Numbered from the stretch's first letter, positions 1-10,240 are shown. The stretch: 64,000 nucleotides of DNA from Paenimyroides ummariense (GCA_040391585.1 JBEBXO010000002.1:26051-90050), one strand, 5' to 3'. Notes: generated by a model from the sequence alone, not told the origin. A program made the numbers and translations.

Positions 1-29
1 TTGTATTATAAAACATATTTACAAAACTT

Positions 30-482
30 ATGAAAACAAAAATTGCATATTTGCTAATTGTGTTGGGATCGTTCGCTGCAACCGCACAAACAACAGCAGA
101 TGAAAAAAAAGTAACAGTGCGCGAAATTCCTGTTTATCGTGATGTAGATGTTATGGCAACTTACCGTGGTGGTTATGCGGTAATTCTTAAACAAATAGAA
201 AACGCTACAAAAAACTGTAAAAGAGGGTCTTTAAAAGGTAAAGATACTACTATAATTATCGATGTTTTAATAACTGATAAAGGTAAAGTAGCACAAGTAG
301 ATTTTGTTAAAGCCGATGTTACGGTGTGTAATAATGATATAAAATCAGCCATTGAAAAATCTACACAATGGGTACCTGCACTTATAAACAACAAACCGGT
401 AAATTCTTATTTGCAACTAACGGTAAACTTGCAAAATAGTTACACAAGCAACGATAAGAATGTTATTAGACGTATGAATTAA
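30..482 (+). CDS. secreted protein with TonB C-terminal-like domain
   Basis: Signal peptide MKTKIAYLLIVLGSFAATAQ. The C-terminal motif W-x-PA-x-x-N/G-K-PV-x-S is shared with 938..2515 (C-terminus), 14878..15501 and 15498..16145. Confidence 0.5.
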   Translation: MKTKIAYLLIVLGSFAATAQTTADEKKVTVREIPVYRDVDVMATYRGGYAVILKQIENATKNCKRGSLKGKDTTIIIDVLITDKGKVAQVDFVKADVTVCNNDIKSAIEKSTQWVPALINNKPVNSYLQLTVNLQNSYTSNDKNVIRRMN

Positions 483-493
483 TATTGAAAGAA

Positions 494-519
494 TAAAAAA
501 ACAGCTCGACTGTTTTTTT
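494..519 (+). terminator. rho-independent terminator
   Basis: aaaaaacag / ctgtttttt stem with a short loop and a T-run, directly after the stop at 482. Confidence 0.6.
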
Positions 520-569
520 ATTTAAAATATTGTTCTATATTTATAGAACTAATTCTAATAATGTAGAAT

Positions 570-935
570 ATGAAATTAACCAATGCCGAAGAACAGTTAA
601 TGCAATATGTTTGGAAACATAAAAAAATTGTTCTTAAAGATTTAATTGATAGTTACCAAGATCCTAAACCTGCAAAAACAACAGTAGCAACCACTATTAA
701 AAAATTAATTGATAAAGGTTTTGTTGGATACGACGAAATTGGTAATACACGTTTGTATTATGCAATTATAAAGAAGGAAAACTATTTTTCTAAACAAATG
801 AAAAATATGATTAAACAGTTTTTTGATAATTCTACCTCACAGTTTGCATCGTTTTTTGCAAAAGATGCCAAACTAACAAAAGACGAATTACAAAAACTCC
901 GTGATTTAATTGATGACGAACTTAAAAATAAGTAG
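570..935 (+). CDS. BlaI/MecI/CopY family transcriptional repressor
   Basis: 121 aa winged-helix protein with typical family size and N-terminal pattern (EEQLMQYVW...TTVATTIKKLIDKGFV). Immediately precedes an M56 peptidase gene. Confidence 0.8.
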   Translation: MKLTNAEEQLMQYVWKHKKIVLKDLIDSYQDPKPAKTTVATTIKKLIDKGFVGYDEIGNTRLYYAIIKKENYFSKQMKNMIKQFFDNSTSQFASFFAKDAKLTKDELQKLRDLIDDELKNK

Positions 936-937
936 TT

Positions 938-2515
938 ATGGTGCTTTATTTTATAAAATCGACCTTTTTATTATTGATATTTTATGTCATTTATAAAATT
1001 AGTTTAGAGCGTAACACATCATTACACTTTAAACGCTATTTTTTGTTGATTAGTTTAGGTTTTGCGTTGTTGTTTCCATTAGTGAACTTTCAGTTTCAGG
1101 TTGATAACAACCCTATTTTACAAACAAAAGAAACTGTTTTAGAACAAATGCCTTTTTTTGTAATTGATGCCGTTAAAAAAGAATCTTCGTTAGATTTCAA
1201 CTATCTAAAAATTTTATACGCTATTATTACAAGCTTTTTTGTTGTAAAATTTAGTAGCAATCTATTTTATTTATGGAATTTAAAACGAAAATCAACTAGT
1301 TTAAAAACTTCTTTTGGAGTTATAACATTAAATGATAAAGTAAAATCGCCTTTTACATTTATTGATACCATTTTTGTAAATGCTACTAATTGGCAGCATA
1401 AAAAAATTGAACAAGCGATCTTATATCACGAACAAGGTCATGTTGTGCAAAAACATACATTCGATGTTTTGTTTGTTGAATTAATTAAAATCTTTCTGTG
1501 GTTTCAACCCTTTTTGTACATCTACAAACGATTAATTCAAGAAAATCACGAATATTTAGCCGACGCTTATTCATTATCTAAACATAAAAACATTAATCAT
1601 TATCAGCATTTAATACTGAACTATTATACTACAACCGAGAATGTTGTGGCATTAAGTAGTTCAATTCACTTTAATAATTTAAAAAAACGATTTATTATGA
1701 TGAAAAACACAAAAAAAGGAAAAGTTTGGAGTAGTATTTTTTTTACTTCGGCAGCAATAATTACCTACTTTGGTTTTGTAGGAATTGAAGCAAAAGCAAC
1801 TGAAATTGAAAAAATAGGAAATTTAATAGAAGAAAAGATTCAGAACACTTCGTTTCAAACTGATGAAAAAATTGTGAATCAACCTACTACTGATAATCAA
1901 GTTGTAACAAGAAGTGAATTAAAAAATGATCCGATCATATTAACTTATATAAAAGGAGAAAAAAGCAGTGGATCTTTTAAAGATAAGAAAGATAATAATG
2001 TCTATTTTTATATGGTAGATGAAAACTTGAGAGTATCTATTTACAACAGATATGGAATACTGCAAAACGAAAAAGAATTTGAATATGAACTTAAAGCGGT
2101 ATCAAAAGCAGAGAAAGAAAAATTGTATCGTAATGAGTTGAACGAAAATTCATCTTTTCAAACAGATTATAAAGATAGAAAAGAGTTCGAAAAATATGCT
2201 GAAGCATACAGTTTTGTAGAAAAAAAGGCAAGACCCAAAGAAGGTATAACAGAGTTTTATAATACTTTTATAAGTGCATTTAATGAAAAAGGTATAACTA
2301 CAAAAGACACTTTGGTTTCAACCAGATTAAAATTCATTGTAGAAAAAGATGGAAGTTTTTCTAATATTTTCGCAGTGGGCAGTAATGATGAAAATGCATC
2401 TAATGAAGCAATTCGTGTGTTGAAAACAATGCCTAAATGGATACCTGCCGAAAACGAAGGTGAAATTGTACGATCAACTTTTACTATGCCTATTAAAATT
2501 AAATTGAATCAATGA
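938..2515 (+). CDS. M56 (BlaR1-like) peptidase family membrane sensor with C-terminal TonB-like domain
   Basis: Multiple N-terminal TM segments and an HEQGH zinc motif (HExxH). The C-terminus carries the TonB_C-like motif KWIPAENEGEIVRS. Separated by 2 nt from the BlaI-like gene. Confidence 0.75.
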   Translation: MVLYFIKSTFLLLIFYVIYKISLERNTSLHFKRYFLLISLGFALLFPLVNFQFQVDNNPILQTKETVLEQMPFFVIDAVKKESSLDFNYLKILYAIITSFFVVKFSSNLFYLWNLKRKSTSLKTSFGVITLNDKVKSPFTFIDTIFVNATNWQHKKIEQAILYHEQGHVVQKHTFDVLFVELIKIFLWFQPFLYIYKRLIQENHEYLADAYSLSKHKNINHYQHLILNYYTTTENVVALSSSIHFNNLKKRFIMMKNTKKGKVWSSIFFTSAAIITYFGFVGIEAKATEIEKIGNLIEEKIQNTSFQTDEKIVNQPTTDNQVVTRSELKNDPIILTYIKGEKSSGSFKDKKDNNVYFYMVDENLRVSIYNRYGILQNEKEFEYELKAVSKAEKEKLYRNELNENSSFQTDYKDRKEFEKYAEAYSFVEKKARPKEGITEFYNTFISAFNEKGITTKDTLVSTRLKFIVEKDGSFSNIFAVGSNDENASNEAIRVLKTMPKWIPAENEGEIVRSTFTMPIKIKLNQ

Positions 2516-2904
2516 AAATAAAATGTTTTTGTTTCTTTTTATTGTGTTTAACAGTTTCCTGTAAAATCAACCAGAAAAAAAATGGTGTAGAAGTAGGTAA
2601 ATGGAAATATATATCGGGTACAAAAACAGAAAAAACGGTTGTAAAAGGTAAATATGATAAGTATGGGAGAGAGAAAGGTGTTTGGAACTATTACAACAAC
2701 GATACGCTTTTTAGATCAGAAAAATATTTTTATCCGTATGCAGTAAATGTTTTGTATCATAAAAATGGCAAAATAAATGAAGTAGGTAAAAGCTACACAA
2801 CTCATAAAACATGGACAAAAATAGGAACTTGGTATTATTTTAACGAAAACGAAAAACTAACCGATTCTGTCACTTTTGAAAACGATAAAACACCTCTGAA
2901 TTGA
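2512..2904 (+). CDS. lipoprotein with MORN-variant (YwqK-like) repeats
   Basis: Lipobox LTVSC. Repeated G-x-W-x-YY / G-x-W-x-Y-F patterns. 4-nt ATGA overlap with the upstream gene. Confidence 0.4.
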   Translation: MKIKCFCFFLLCLTVSCKINQKKNGVEVGKWKYISGTKTEKTVVKGKYDKYGREKGVWNYYNNDTLFRSEKYFYPYAVNVLYHKNGKINEVGKSYTTHKTWTKIGTWYYFNENEKLTDSVTFENDKTPLN

Positions 2905-2915
2905 GGTGTTTTTTT
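2887..2915. terminator. bidirectional hairpin terminator between convergent genes
   Basis: acacctc (2890-2896) / gaggtgt (2903-2909) stem flanked by an A-run and a T-run. Confidence 0.6.
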
Positions 2916-3501
2916 ATCCGTGAACGGTTTCTTTTGTACCGTAATTCTGAATTAACCGACCTTCAAAATCCAACCATTCTTTCCAACGTTTGTCAACATT
3001 TACTTTTTCGGTATATTTTTTGGCAAACTTTAAAAAAGTAGTGTAATGTCCGGCTTCCGAAATCATTAAATCGCGGTAAAACTTCGCCAGTTCTTCATCT
3101 TTAATGTTTTCTGAAAGCACACGAAAACGCTCGCAACTTCTAGCTTCTATCATGGCTGCAAACAACAATCGGTCAATAAAGGCATCATTACGCGACCCGT
3201 CTTTTTTCATAAACTTAAAAAGCTGGTTTACATAATCGTCTTTGCGTTCGCGCCCCAAAGTGTAACCGCGTTGCTTAATAATATCGTGAACCATTTTAAA
3301 ATGTTCCATTTCTTCAATAGCAATTTCTGTCATAGCAGTTACCAAATCTTCAAATTCAGAATTATAGGTAATAACTGTAATGGCATTGGTTGCTGCTTTT
3401 TGTTCGCACCAAGCATGATCGGTTAAAATTTCTTCCAAATTACTTTCGGCAATATTTGCCCAACGCGGATCGGTTAACAATTTAAGTCCTAACATAAACA
3501 T
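2914..3501 (-). CDS. miaE: tRNA-(ms2io6A37)-hydroxylase MiaE (ferritin-like di-iron)
   Basis: 195 aa with paired E...EExH-type di-iron motifs (EIAIEEMEHF, MISEAGH) and a conserved LLTDPRW N-terminus typical of MiaE. Confidence 0.75.
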   Translation of the reverse strand: MFMLGLKLLTDPRWANIAESNLEEILTDHAWCEQKAATNAITVITYNSEFEDLVTAMTEIAIEEMEHFKMVHDIIKQRGYTLGRERKDDYVNQLFKFMKKDGSRNDAFIDRLLFAAMIEARSCERFRVLSENIKDEELAKFYRDLMISEAGHYTTFLKFAKKYTEKVNVDKRWKEWLDFEGRLIQNYGTKETVHG

Positions 3502-3571
3502 TCATTTTTGCAAAGTTAAAAATTAAATACAACAGTTTATATCTTCCAAAAAATACTTCCATCTTTGTAGT

Positions 3572-4789
3572 ATGAATTTACGTGTTTTAATAATTGGTTT
3601 GGTTTGGCCCGAACCTACATCATCTGCAGCTTGTTGGCGCATGTTACAGTTAATAGAACAATTGCAACAAATAAGTTGTGATGTTCATTTTGCTTGTGCG
3701 GCTCAAAAATCGGTTTCATCACATTCGTTAAGTTCAATGAGTGTTAAAGAACATGAAATTTTGCTAAACCATGCTTCGTTTGATGCTTTTATTGAAGAAT
3801 TAAATCCGGATATTGTTGTTTACGATCGCTTTATGATTGAAGAACAGTTTGGTTGGCGTGTAAAGCAAATATGTCCCAATGCCGTGACTGTTTTAGATAC
3901 CGAAGATTTACATTTTGTGCGTAAAGCCCGTACAACCGCTTTTAAATTGAATAGCGAAATAAATTACGATACAGTTGATTGTTATAGAGAGTTGTCTGCC
4001 ATTTACCGTTGCGATCTTTCATTAATTATTTCAAAGTGGGAACACGATTTGTTGGTGAATCATTTTAATATTCCGCCTAAACAATTAATGTATCTGCCGT
4101 TTGTTGAAAAAGAAATTAGTGACGATATTAAAAATGAATTACCCGGTTTTAATCAACGGAAAGATTTAATGTTTATAGGCAATTTTATTCACGATCCAAA
4201 CTATCAAACTGTTCTAGAACTAAAAAAAATGTGGAGCGTTGTCCGTAAAAAACTTCCAAAAATTCAATTACACGTTTACGGCGCCTATCCAACACAAAAA
4301 GTACTACAGCTTCATAACGAAAAAGAAGGTTTTATTGTTAAAGGTAAAGCAGCCAATGTAAACAAAACCATGCAAAAATACCGTTTGTTAGTTGCGCCTA
4401 TACCTTATGGTGCGGGGTTGAAAGGAAAGTTTATCGATGGTTTTAAGAATGCTTTGCCAAATATAACTACGCCCGTTGGTGCAGAAAGTATGTTAGAAAA
4501 TGAATGGGGTGGAAGCATCGTAAAAAACGATAATGATTTTATAGAAGCTTTAATGACACTATATAGCAATCAAGAAAAGTGGCAGCAAGCTACCGCACAA
4601 GGATTTAGAATAATTAACGACCAATTTTCTTGTAAAATTTGGGGAAACATATTTTCAAAAGCTGTTGCAACCATATATTTAGACATAAAAAAGCACCGCA
4701 ACGAATTATTTGTGCAAAAAATTTTATGGCAAAATTCACTGCAAGCCACGAAATATATGAGTTTATGGATAGAACAAAAAAACAAATAG
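3572..4789 (+). CDS. glycosyltransferase (GT-B fold, family 1/4-like)
   Basis: 405 aa. The C-terminal half has a GT1-like nucleotide-sugar binding pattern (YRLLVAPIPYGAGLKGKFIDGF). Confidence 0.5.
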   Translation: MNLRVLIIGLVWPEPTSSAACWRMLQLIEQLQQISCDVHFACAAQKSVSSHSLSSMSVKEHEILLNHASFDAFIEELNPDIVVYDRFMIEEQFGWRVKQICPNAVTVLDTEDLHFVRKARTTAFKLNSEINYDTVDCYRELSAIYRCDLSLIISKWEHDLLVNHFNIPPKQLMYLPFVEKEISDDIKNELPGFNQRKDLMFIGNFIHDPNYQTVLELKKMWSVVRKKLPKIQLHVYGAYPTQKVLQLHNEKEGFIVKGKAANVNKTMQKYRLLVAPIPYGAGLKGKFIDGFKNALPNITTPVGAESMLENEWGGSIVKNDNDFIEALMTLYSNQEKWQQATAQGFRIINDQFSCKIWGNIFSKAVATIYLDIKKHRNELFVQKILWQNSLQATKYMSLWIEQKNK

Positions 4790-4859
4790 AATTTTTGTTA
4801 ATTTTTTGAAAATTACAGAATTAAATGTATCTTTAATTATATAAAAAAAAATTAATGAT

Positions 4860-6197
4860 ATGGAGAATTCTTTATTAAATCAAATTCAGAAGTATATTAC
4901 ACCTGAATTACTTTCAAAATTATCGGCACAAACGGGCGAATCAGAAGCTGCAATTTCAAAAGGAATTGGTATTTCAATTCCTACAATTTTAGGTGGATTG
5001 TTAGGGAAATCGCAACAAGGCGGTTTAGGATCTGTCTTGTCTAAAGTAACCGATTTAATTGGCGGAACTACAACAGATGCAGTTAACCATGAAAATTCAT
5101 TAATAGATGTTGTAAAAGATTTATTCGGCGGAAATTGGAATGCTGTGCTATCGGCAATTGCATCGTACGCAGGTTTAAGTTCTTCATCTGTAAACAGCTT
5201 GTTTGGTGCATCGGCATTTGGTATTTTCGATCATTTTAAACAAACATCAGGTTTAGAAGAAAGTTCAATAAACAGTTTGTTGCAAACAAATAAAAGTGCT
5301 ATTTCGGCAGCATTGCCATCTGGTTTAAGCTGGTCTGCACTTGGTTTGGGCAGCCTTGGTTTAGGTTTGGGTGATTCATTAGATGGTATTGGCGAAAATA
5401 TTAAAGAAACTTTTAACGATGTTAAAGAAACAGTATCAGAAAAATGGGAACAAACCAAAGACGCTATTGAAAATACATACGACGATGTTAAAGATACGGT
5501 ATCAAATACATACGACAGTACAAAAAACCGTGTAGAAAATTATTCAAACAACAATAACAACGAAGGTGGCGGTGGCTGGTTAAAATATTTATTGATACCA
5601 TTGTTGCTTGGTATTGTATTAATATTCTTTTTATACCGTGGTTGTGATAAAAAAACAGAAAATCAAGAAACAGTTACAACTACCGATACGCTTAACGGCA
5701 GTACAACAACCACAACTACTACACGTGTAACAAAAGAAGTTGTAATTAACGATCAGGTTAAGTTGAATGCCTATACAGACGGTATTGAAGACAAATTAGT
5801 GACGTTTTTAAATAAAGGTGATTATAAAACAATGACCGAAGAACAGTTGAAAGAAACTTGGTTTGATTTTGATAACTTAAATTTTGAACACGGTACGGCA
5901 AACGTATTACCAGAATCACAGCAACAACTAGATAATATTGCACAGATTTTAAGCGCTTTTCCAAACGTGAAAATTAAAATTGGCGGATATACTGATAAAA
6001 CCGGTGATGAGGCAGTGAATAAAAAGATATCTAAAGATCGTGCAGAGGCTGTTAAAAAATTCTTGACTGATAAAGGTCTAGGAAATCAAGTGGTTGATGC
6101 CGAAGGATATGGATCTGAATTTGCAGTTCACCCGGCAGATGCATCAGAAGAATTAAGAGTTACCGATAGAAAAGTAGCAGTAAGCGTTAGAAATTAA
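4860..6197 (+). CDS. DUF937-like N-terminus / OmpA-family C-terminal domain protein
   Basis: C-terminal OmpA-like peptidoglycan-binding motif (IKIGGYTDKTGDEAVNKKISKDRAEAVKKFL). Central TM segment and a Thr-rich linker. Confidence 0.7.
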   Translation: MENSLLNQIQKYITPELLSKLSAQTGESEAAISKGIGISIPTILGGLLGKSQQGGLGSVLSKVTDLIGGTTTDAVNHENSLIDVVKDLFGGNWNAVLSAIASYAGLSSSSVNSLFGASAFGIFDHFKQTSGLEESSINSLLQTNKSAISAALPSGLSWSALGLGSLGLGLGDSLDGIGENIKETFNDVKETVSEKWEQTKDAIENTYDDVKDTVSNTYDSTKNRVENYSNNNNNEGGGGWLKYLLIPLLLGIVLIFFLYRGCDKKTENQETVTTTDTLNGSTTTTTTTRVTKEVVINDQVKLNAYTDGIEDKLVTFLNKGDYKTMTEEQLKETWFDFDNLNFEHGTANVLPESQQQLDNIAQILSAFPNVKIKIGGYTDKTGDEAVNKKISKDRAEAVKKFLTDKGLGNQVVDAEGYGSEFAVHPADASEELRVTDRKVAVSVRN

Positions 6198-6220
6198 ACA
6201 ACAAATAATATTTTATTAGT

Positions 6221-6249
6221 AAAGCAGTGTGTAAGCACTGCTTTTTTTA
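6221..6249 (+). terminator. rho-independent terminator
   Basis: aaagcagtg / cactgcttt stem followed by a T-run. Confidence 0.65.
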
Positions 6250-6352
6250 TTAATTTAAATATTGAAATTTTAGAGATAAGAAATGTTTATGATGAAAAAA
6301 GATAGTATATTTGCAAAGTTTTATAAAGTAGATAATTAAAAGTATAGATATC

Positions 6353-6634
6353 ATGAGCCATAACGGTAAAGACGCAAGTGGAAATTCATTTAAATTTAGT
6401 TTAATTCCTTTAATGTTAGGAATTGTAGTAATTTTCTTTTTATACAGAAGTTGTGGGAATTCAGCTTTTCAGCCAGAACCATCAAAAGGAACAAATACAG
6501 TTGTTTTAGAAGAAGAAGTATTATCTCCAGAACAACCAATAGTTAAACAAGATACAGCAAGTACAGCTGTTACTACAGTTGCAGAACCTGTTGCAGAAAC
6601 AGTAGCACAAGATACTTTACAAGCTGCAAAATAA
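6353..6634 (+). CDS. small single-pass membrane protein
   Basis: 93 aa. The TM segment LIPLMLGIVVIFFLYRSCG is near-identical in pattern to LIPLLLGIVLIFFLYRGCD of the upstream OmpA-family protein. A TATATTTG -7-like box lies at 6306-6313. Confidence 0.5.
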   Translation: MSHNGKDASGNSFKFSLIPLMLGIVVIFFLYRSCGNSAFQPEPSKGTNTVVLEEEVLSPEQPIVKQDTASTAVTTVAEPVAETVAQDTLQAAK

Positions 6635-6653
6635 TTAAAGCTTACATTTTATA

Positions 6654-6688
6654 AAAATCCACTTCAAAAGCCGAAGTGGATTTTTTTT
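6654..6688 (+). terminator. rho-independent terminator
   Basis: aaatccacttc / gaagtggattt stem followed by T8. Confidence 0.7.
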
Positions 6689-6797
6689 GCTCTAAAGTGT
6701 TTTAATTCACAATTGCTTTATTAATTGAAAATCTGAATGTTAAGCTTGTTTTATTGTTAATATAGTGTTATTTTTATATAAATTAAATAAACTATTT

Positions 6798-8486
6798 ATG
6801 AAACATTATTACCTATTGTTAATAATTATTTTTATTAACTCATTCCAAATGCGGGCGCAAATACATTCGCATATTACAATACCTCAATCTTCAATAATTA
6901 ATACTGACCTAACTACTAATAATAGTATTTATTCTATTGTAAATTTTAATTCACCAACTTATACCATTCAAAATCAAACTTTCACTAATGCTAGTGGTCC
7001 TGTAGGTAATGGTTTAGGGCATGATACTGCTATTTTAAAATTTAATACCAACTTTGTTTTGCAAAATTATTGGCACTTTGGCGGAGCGCGATCAGATTAT
7101 GGTATAGTTGTGCATGAAGATAATAACAATAATTTATATGTTGCACTAGCATCAAATGGATCCTTAACAATTAATAATGTTACTTATACTTTACCGGCTT
7201 CTGGTCAACAAACTTTAATTATTAAAATAGATAGTACAGGACAAGTTTCTTGGGTAAAAAAAGTGGATCAAAGTATAGGGGCATTAAAAATAAAAACATA
7301 TAATAATGATGTGTTTATTGGTGGAGGTTATAATGGTGGTAATTTAAAAATTGAAAATACTACTGTGTCTGGGAATCAAATGCACCCTCAATTGTCAGAA
7401 ACCTTTGTAGTAAAACTTAATGCAACAAATGGAGCATTACAATGGCTAAAAACTTCTGTAACCACTAGTGGTACCAATGATAACATGATTGGAGTGCAGT
7501 TTGTTGATATGGAGTTGGATAGTAGCGGAAATCCAGTGATAATTGCTAGTTTATTTTCGCCATCTACTAGATTTGACTCAGTTAATGTGTTTTTTGGAAC
7601 TAGTAATGCAGTTACAAACAATGCGGTTACAGTTATAGCAAAATATACAAATACTGGTAATGTTTCTTGGGCAAAAGCCCCAACTGTAAATAACAACCGA
7701 TTGCTTTTGGCTGAAGATTTAGATATTGATGGAACAGGGAATATTTATATATCGGCGAATGCAACAGGTGGTGTTAATTATTGGGGAACAGCAGTAAATC
7801 CTACTTTTACAACTATGGGAATGTATGGGCACTTATTTAAATTAAATGCATCAGGTAGTTTTCAATGGGCAAAAGCAAATACAAATATACTAGGTGGTTT
7901 AACAATTTATGGTATAAAATGCGTTCAAAATGATGTTATAGTTATGTATCGAGCGTTAAATTCTCAAATTATAGATAACCAATCAATAAATATACCTTCA
8001 ACCTCTGCAATGATAGGTGTGTTCGGAAATAATGGAACTTTAAAAAGTTATAATTTACATGTACCTAGTAATCCTGATCCAAATCGATTTTTTATTTCAA
8101 ATATTCTACATTATAATTCCGCAGGATTTATATTATCTGGTCATCAGTCTGATAATATAATTTTAGATAATTCTTACTCAATGCCTTTGCCTGATCCAAC
8201 GAATTTTAATAATAAATTTATTATAAAATCAGGTGAATTTTTATCTACAAAAGAAATTGTTGTTGATAAATGGAAAGTATATCCTAATCCTGCTAAAGAT
8301 GAAATTTTTGTTGAAGGAGAAGCGGTTTCCTTAAAATATAAAATTTATGATTTAAGTGGAAGAATAGTTGATGAAAACTTGCTAAATAATTCAAGAATAA
8401 ATGTTTCCAATTTATCAAACGGAATTTATGTAGTAGAATTAACAAATGATGAATTCATACAAAAGATAAAGATAATTAAAGAGTAA
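6798..8486 (+). CDS. secreted protein with T9SS C-terminal sorting domain
   Basis: Signal peptide after ATG 6798; the ORF-track start at 6765 is GTG. The C-terminus (VYPNPAKDEIFVEG...YDLSGRIV...LSNGIYVVEL) matches the Por/T9SS CTD type A pattern. Confidence 0.75.
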   Translation: MKHYYLLLIIIFINSFQMRAQIHSHITIPQSSIINTDLTTNNSIYSIVNFNSPTYTIQNQTFTNASGPVGNGLGHDTAILKFNTNFVLQNYWHFGGARSDYGIVVHEDNNNNLYVALASNGSLTINNVTYTLPASGQQTLIIKIDSTGQVSWVKKVDQSIGALKIKTYNNDVFIGGGYNGGNLKIENTTVSGNQMHPQLSETFVVKLNATNGALQWLKTSVTTSGTNDNMIGVQFVDMELDSSGNPVIIASLFSPSTRFDSVNVFFGTSNAVTNNAVTVIAKYTNTGNVSWAKAPTVNNNRLLLAEDLDIDGTGNIYISANATGGVNYWGTAVNPTFTTMGMYGHLFKLNASGSFQWAKANTNILGGLTIYGIKCVQNDVIVMYRALNSQIIDNQSINIPSTSAMIGVFGNNGTLKSYNLHVPSNPDPNRFFISNILHYNSAGFILSGHQSDNIILDNSYSMPLPDPTNFNNKFIIKSGEFLSTKEIVVDKWKVYPNPAKDEIFVEGEAVSLKYKIYDLSGRIVDENLLNNSRINVSNLSNGIYVVELTNDEFIQKIKIIKE

Positions 8487-8525
8487 AAAATAAGTCCCTA
8501 AATTTTCTAGGGACTTATTTTTTTA
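8486..8525. terminator. bidirectional terminator between convergent genes
   Basis: 13-bp stem aaataagtcccta / tagggacttattt. Confidence 0.7.
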
Positions 8526-9911
8526 TTTAGACATTTCTGTAAAATACTTATAAAACAACGGAATGGTTTCAATACCTTTTAAATAATTGAAAATACCGTA
8601 ATGTTCGTTTGGTGAGTGAATCGCGTCAGAATCTAAACCAAAGCCCATCATAATTGTTTTAGATTTTAGTTCTTTTTCAAATAAAGCTACAATTGGAATT
8701 GATCCGCCTGAACGTACTGGAATTGGAGTTACCCCGAATGATTCGCTGTAAGCTTTTGCTGCAGCCTGATAGCCAATAGAATCAATAGGTGTTACATAAC
8801 CTTGTCCGCCATGATGTGGTTTTACAACCACTTTAACCGATGCAGGTGCAATACTTTCAAAATGTTTCTTAAACAATTCGGTAATTTCTTCCCAATCTTG
8901 GTTAGGAACCAAGCGCATCGAAATTTTTGCATAAGCTTTAGAGGCAATTACAGTTTTAGCACCTTCGCCAGTGTATCCGCCCCAAATTCCGTTTACATCC
9001 AATGTAGGTCGAATAGAGTTACGTTCATTAGTGGTATATCCGGCTTCGCCATGAATTTCGTTAATATCCAACGCTTTTTTATAATCATCTAACGAAAAAG
9101 GACGTTTGCCCATTTCATCGCGCTCTTCTTTTGATAATTCTTCAACTTTATCGTAAAAACCAGGAATAGTAATGTAGTTATTTTCATCGTGTAACGAAGC
9201 AATCATTTGTGCCAAAATGTTTATTGGATTTGCAACTGCACCGCCGTATAAGCCCGAATGTAAATCACGATTTGGTCCGGTAACTTCTACTTCAACATAA
9301 CTTAATCCACGTAAGCCAGTAGTTATAGAAGGTTGGGTGTTAGATATCATTCCGGTATCAGAAATTAAAATAACATCGTTCTTTAATTTTTCCTGATTTC
9401 TTTCAACAAACCAAGCCAACGATGCCGATCCAACTTCTTCTTCACCTTCAATCATAAACTTAACGTTGCAAGGTAACGTATTTGTTTGCATCATTAACTC
9501 TAAAGCTTTCACGTGCATAAACATCTGCCCTTTATCATCACAAGCGCCACGAGCAAAAATAGCGCCGTCTGGGTGTAGCTCTGTTTTTTTAATTACGGGC
9601 TCAAAAGGTGGCGAATCCCATAATTCAATAGGGTCTGCAGGTTGTACATCGTAATGTCCGTAAACCAAAACAGTTGGCAGGCTGTCGTTAATGTGTTTTT
9701 CACCGTAAACAATAGGGTAACCTGGTGTTTCGCAAATTTCAACTTTATCGCATCCGGCTTTTTCTAAAAAATCTTTTACCTTATCGGCAGTGTTTAAAAC
9801 GTCTTGAGAGTAGGCGCTATCGGCACTAACCGAAGGGATTTTTAACAAGTCAATTAGTTCATTTATAAAACGTTCCTTGTTTTGTTGAACGTAATTCTTT
9901 ATTGTTTCCAT
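8523..9911 (-). CDS. M20 family dipeptidase
   Basis: 462 aa with M20 motifs (HYDVQP, ARGACDDKG, EGEEEVGS) and the typical length of M20 dipeptidases. Confidence 0.8.
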   Translation of the reverse strand: METIKNYVQQNKERFINELIDLLKIPSVSADSAYSQDVLNTADKVKDFLEKAGCDKVEICETPGYPIVYGEKHINDSLPTVLVYGHYDVQPADPIELWDSPPFEPVIKKTELHPDGAIFARGACDDKGQMFMHVKALELMMQTNTLPCNVKFMIEGEEEVGSASLAWFVERNQEKLKNDVILISDTGMISNTQPSITTGLRGLSYVEVEVTGPNRDLHSGLYGGAVANPINILAQMIASLHDENNYITIPGFYDKVEELSKEERDEMGKRPFSLDDYKKALDINEIHGEAGYTTNERNSIRPTLDVNGIWGGYTGEGAKTVIASKAYAKISMRLVPNQDWEEITELFKKHFESIAPASVKVVVKPHHGGQGYVTPIDSIGYQAAAKAYSESFGVTPIPVRSGGSIPIVALFEKELKSKTIMMGFGLDSDAIHSPNEHYGIFNYLKGIETIPLFYKYFTEMSK

Positions 9912-9976
9912 TGTATGATTTGAATAATTTCAATTGTTTACAACAAATATAATGATAAAAAATTAATGAAATTTTG

Positions 9977-10006
9977 TTGCAGAATAAAAAAGCATTTGTA
10001 TATTTG
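9977..10006 (+). promoter_or_regulatory. Bacteroidota sigma-A type promoter for tRNA-Leu
   Basis: TTG (9977-9979), exactly 19 nt, then TATATTTG (9999-10006). This matches the TTG-N19-TAnnTTTG consensus and lies 40 nt upstream of the tRNA. Confidence 0.6.
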
Positions 10007-10045
10007 CAACGTCTTAAAAGAACAATAGTTCTTATCAAAAACGCC

Positions 10046-10127
10046 GCGGGTATGGTGAAATTGGTAGACACGCCAGACTTAGGATCTGGTGCCGCAAGGT
10101 GTGAAGGTTCGAGTCCTTTTACCCGCA
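10046..10127 (+). tRNA. tRNA-Leu (anticodon TAG), type II with long variable arm
   Basis: Hand-folded. Acceptor GCGGGTA/TACCCGC. Anticodon stem CCAGA/TCTGG with loop CTTAGGA. 13-nt variable arm. T-arm GAAGG-TTCGAGT-CCTTT. Discriminator A, no encoded CCA. Confidence 0.9.
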
Positions 10128-10130
10128 CAA

Positions 10131-10166
10131 AAACCTCTGATTCATTTGAGTTGGAGGTTTTTTTAT
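10131..10166 (+). terminator. rho-independent terminator after tRNA-Leu
   Basis: aaacctc / gaggttt stem followed by a T-run. Confidence 0.6.
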
Positions 10167-10240
10167 TTTAATCTTTTTAATGTAATTACTTCTTACTATA
10201 CTAAAATAAAATTCTAAACGTTAATGTAAAAAATACTTAT

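Noticed and set aside
570-2515. The BlaI/BlaR1-like pair could be the regulator of the metallo-beta-lactamase.
   Set aside because: The pair is 37 kb from the MBL gene. The sensor carries a TonB-like C-terminal domain, not a penicillin-binding sensor domain. Such M56/BlaI pairs are numerous in Bacteroidota with unrelated roles.
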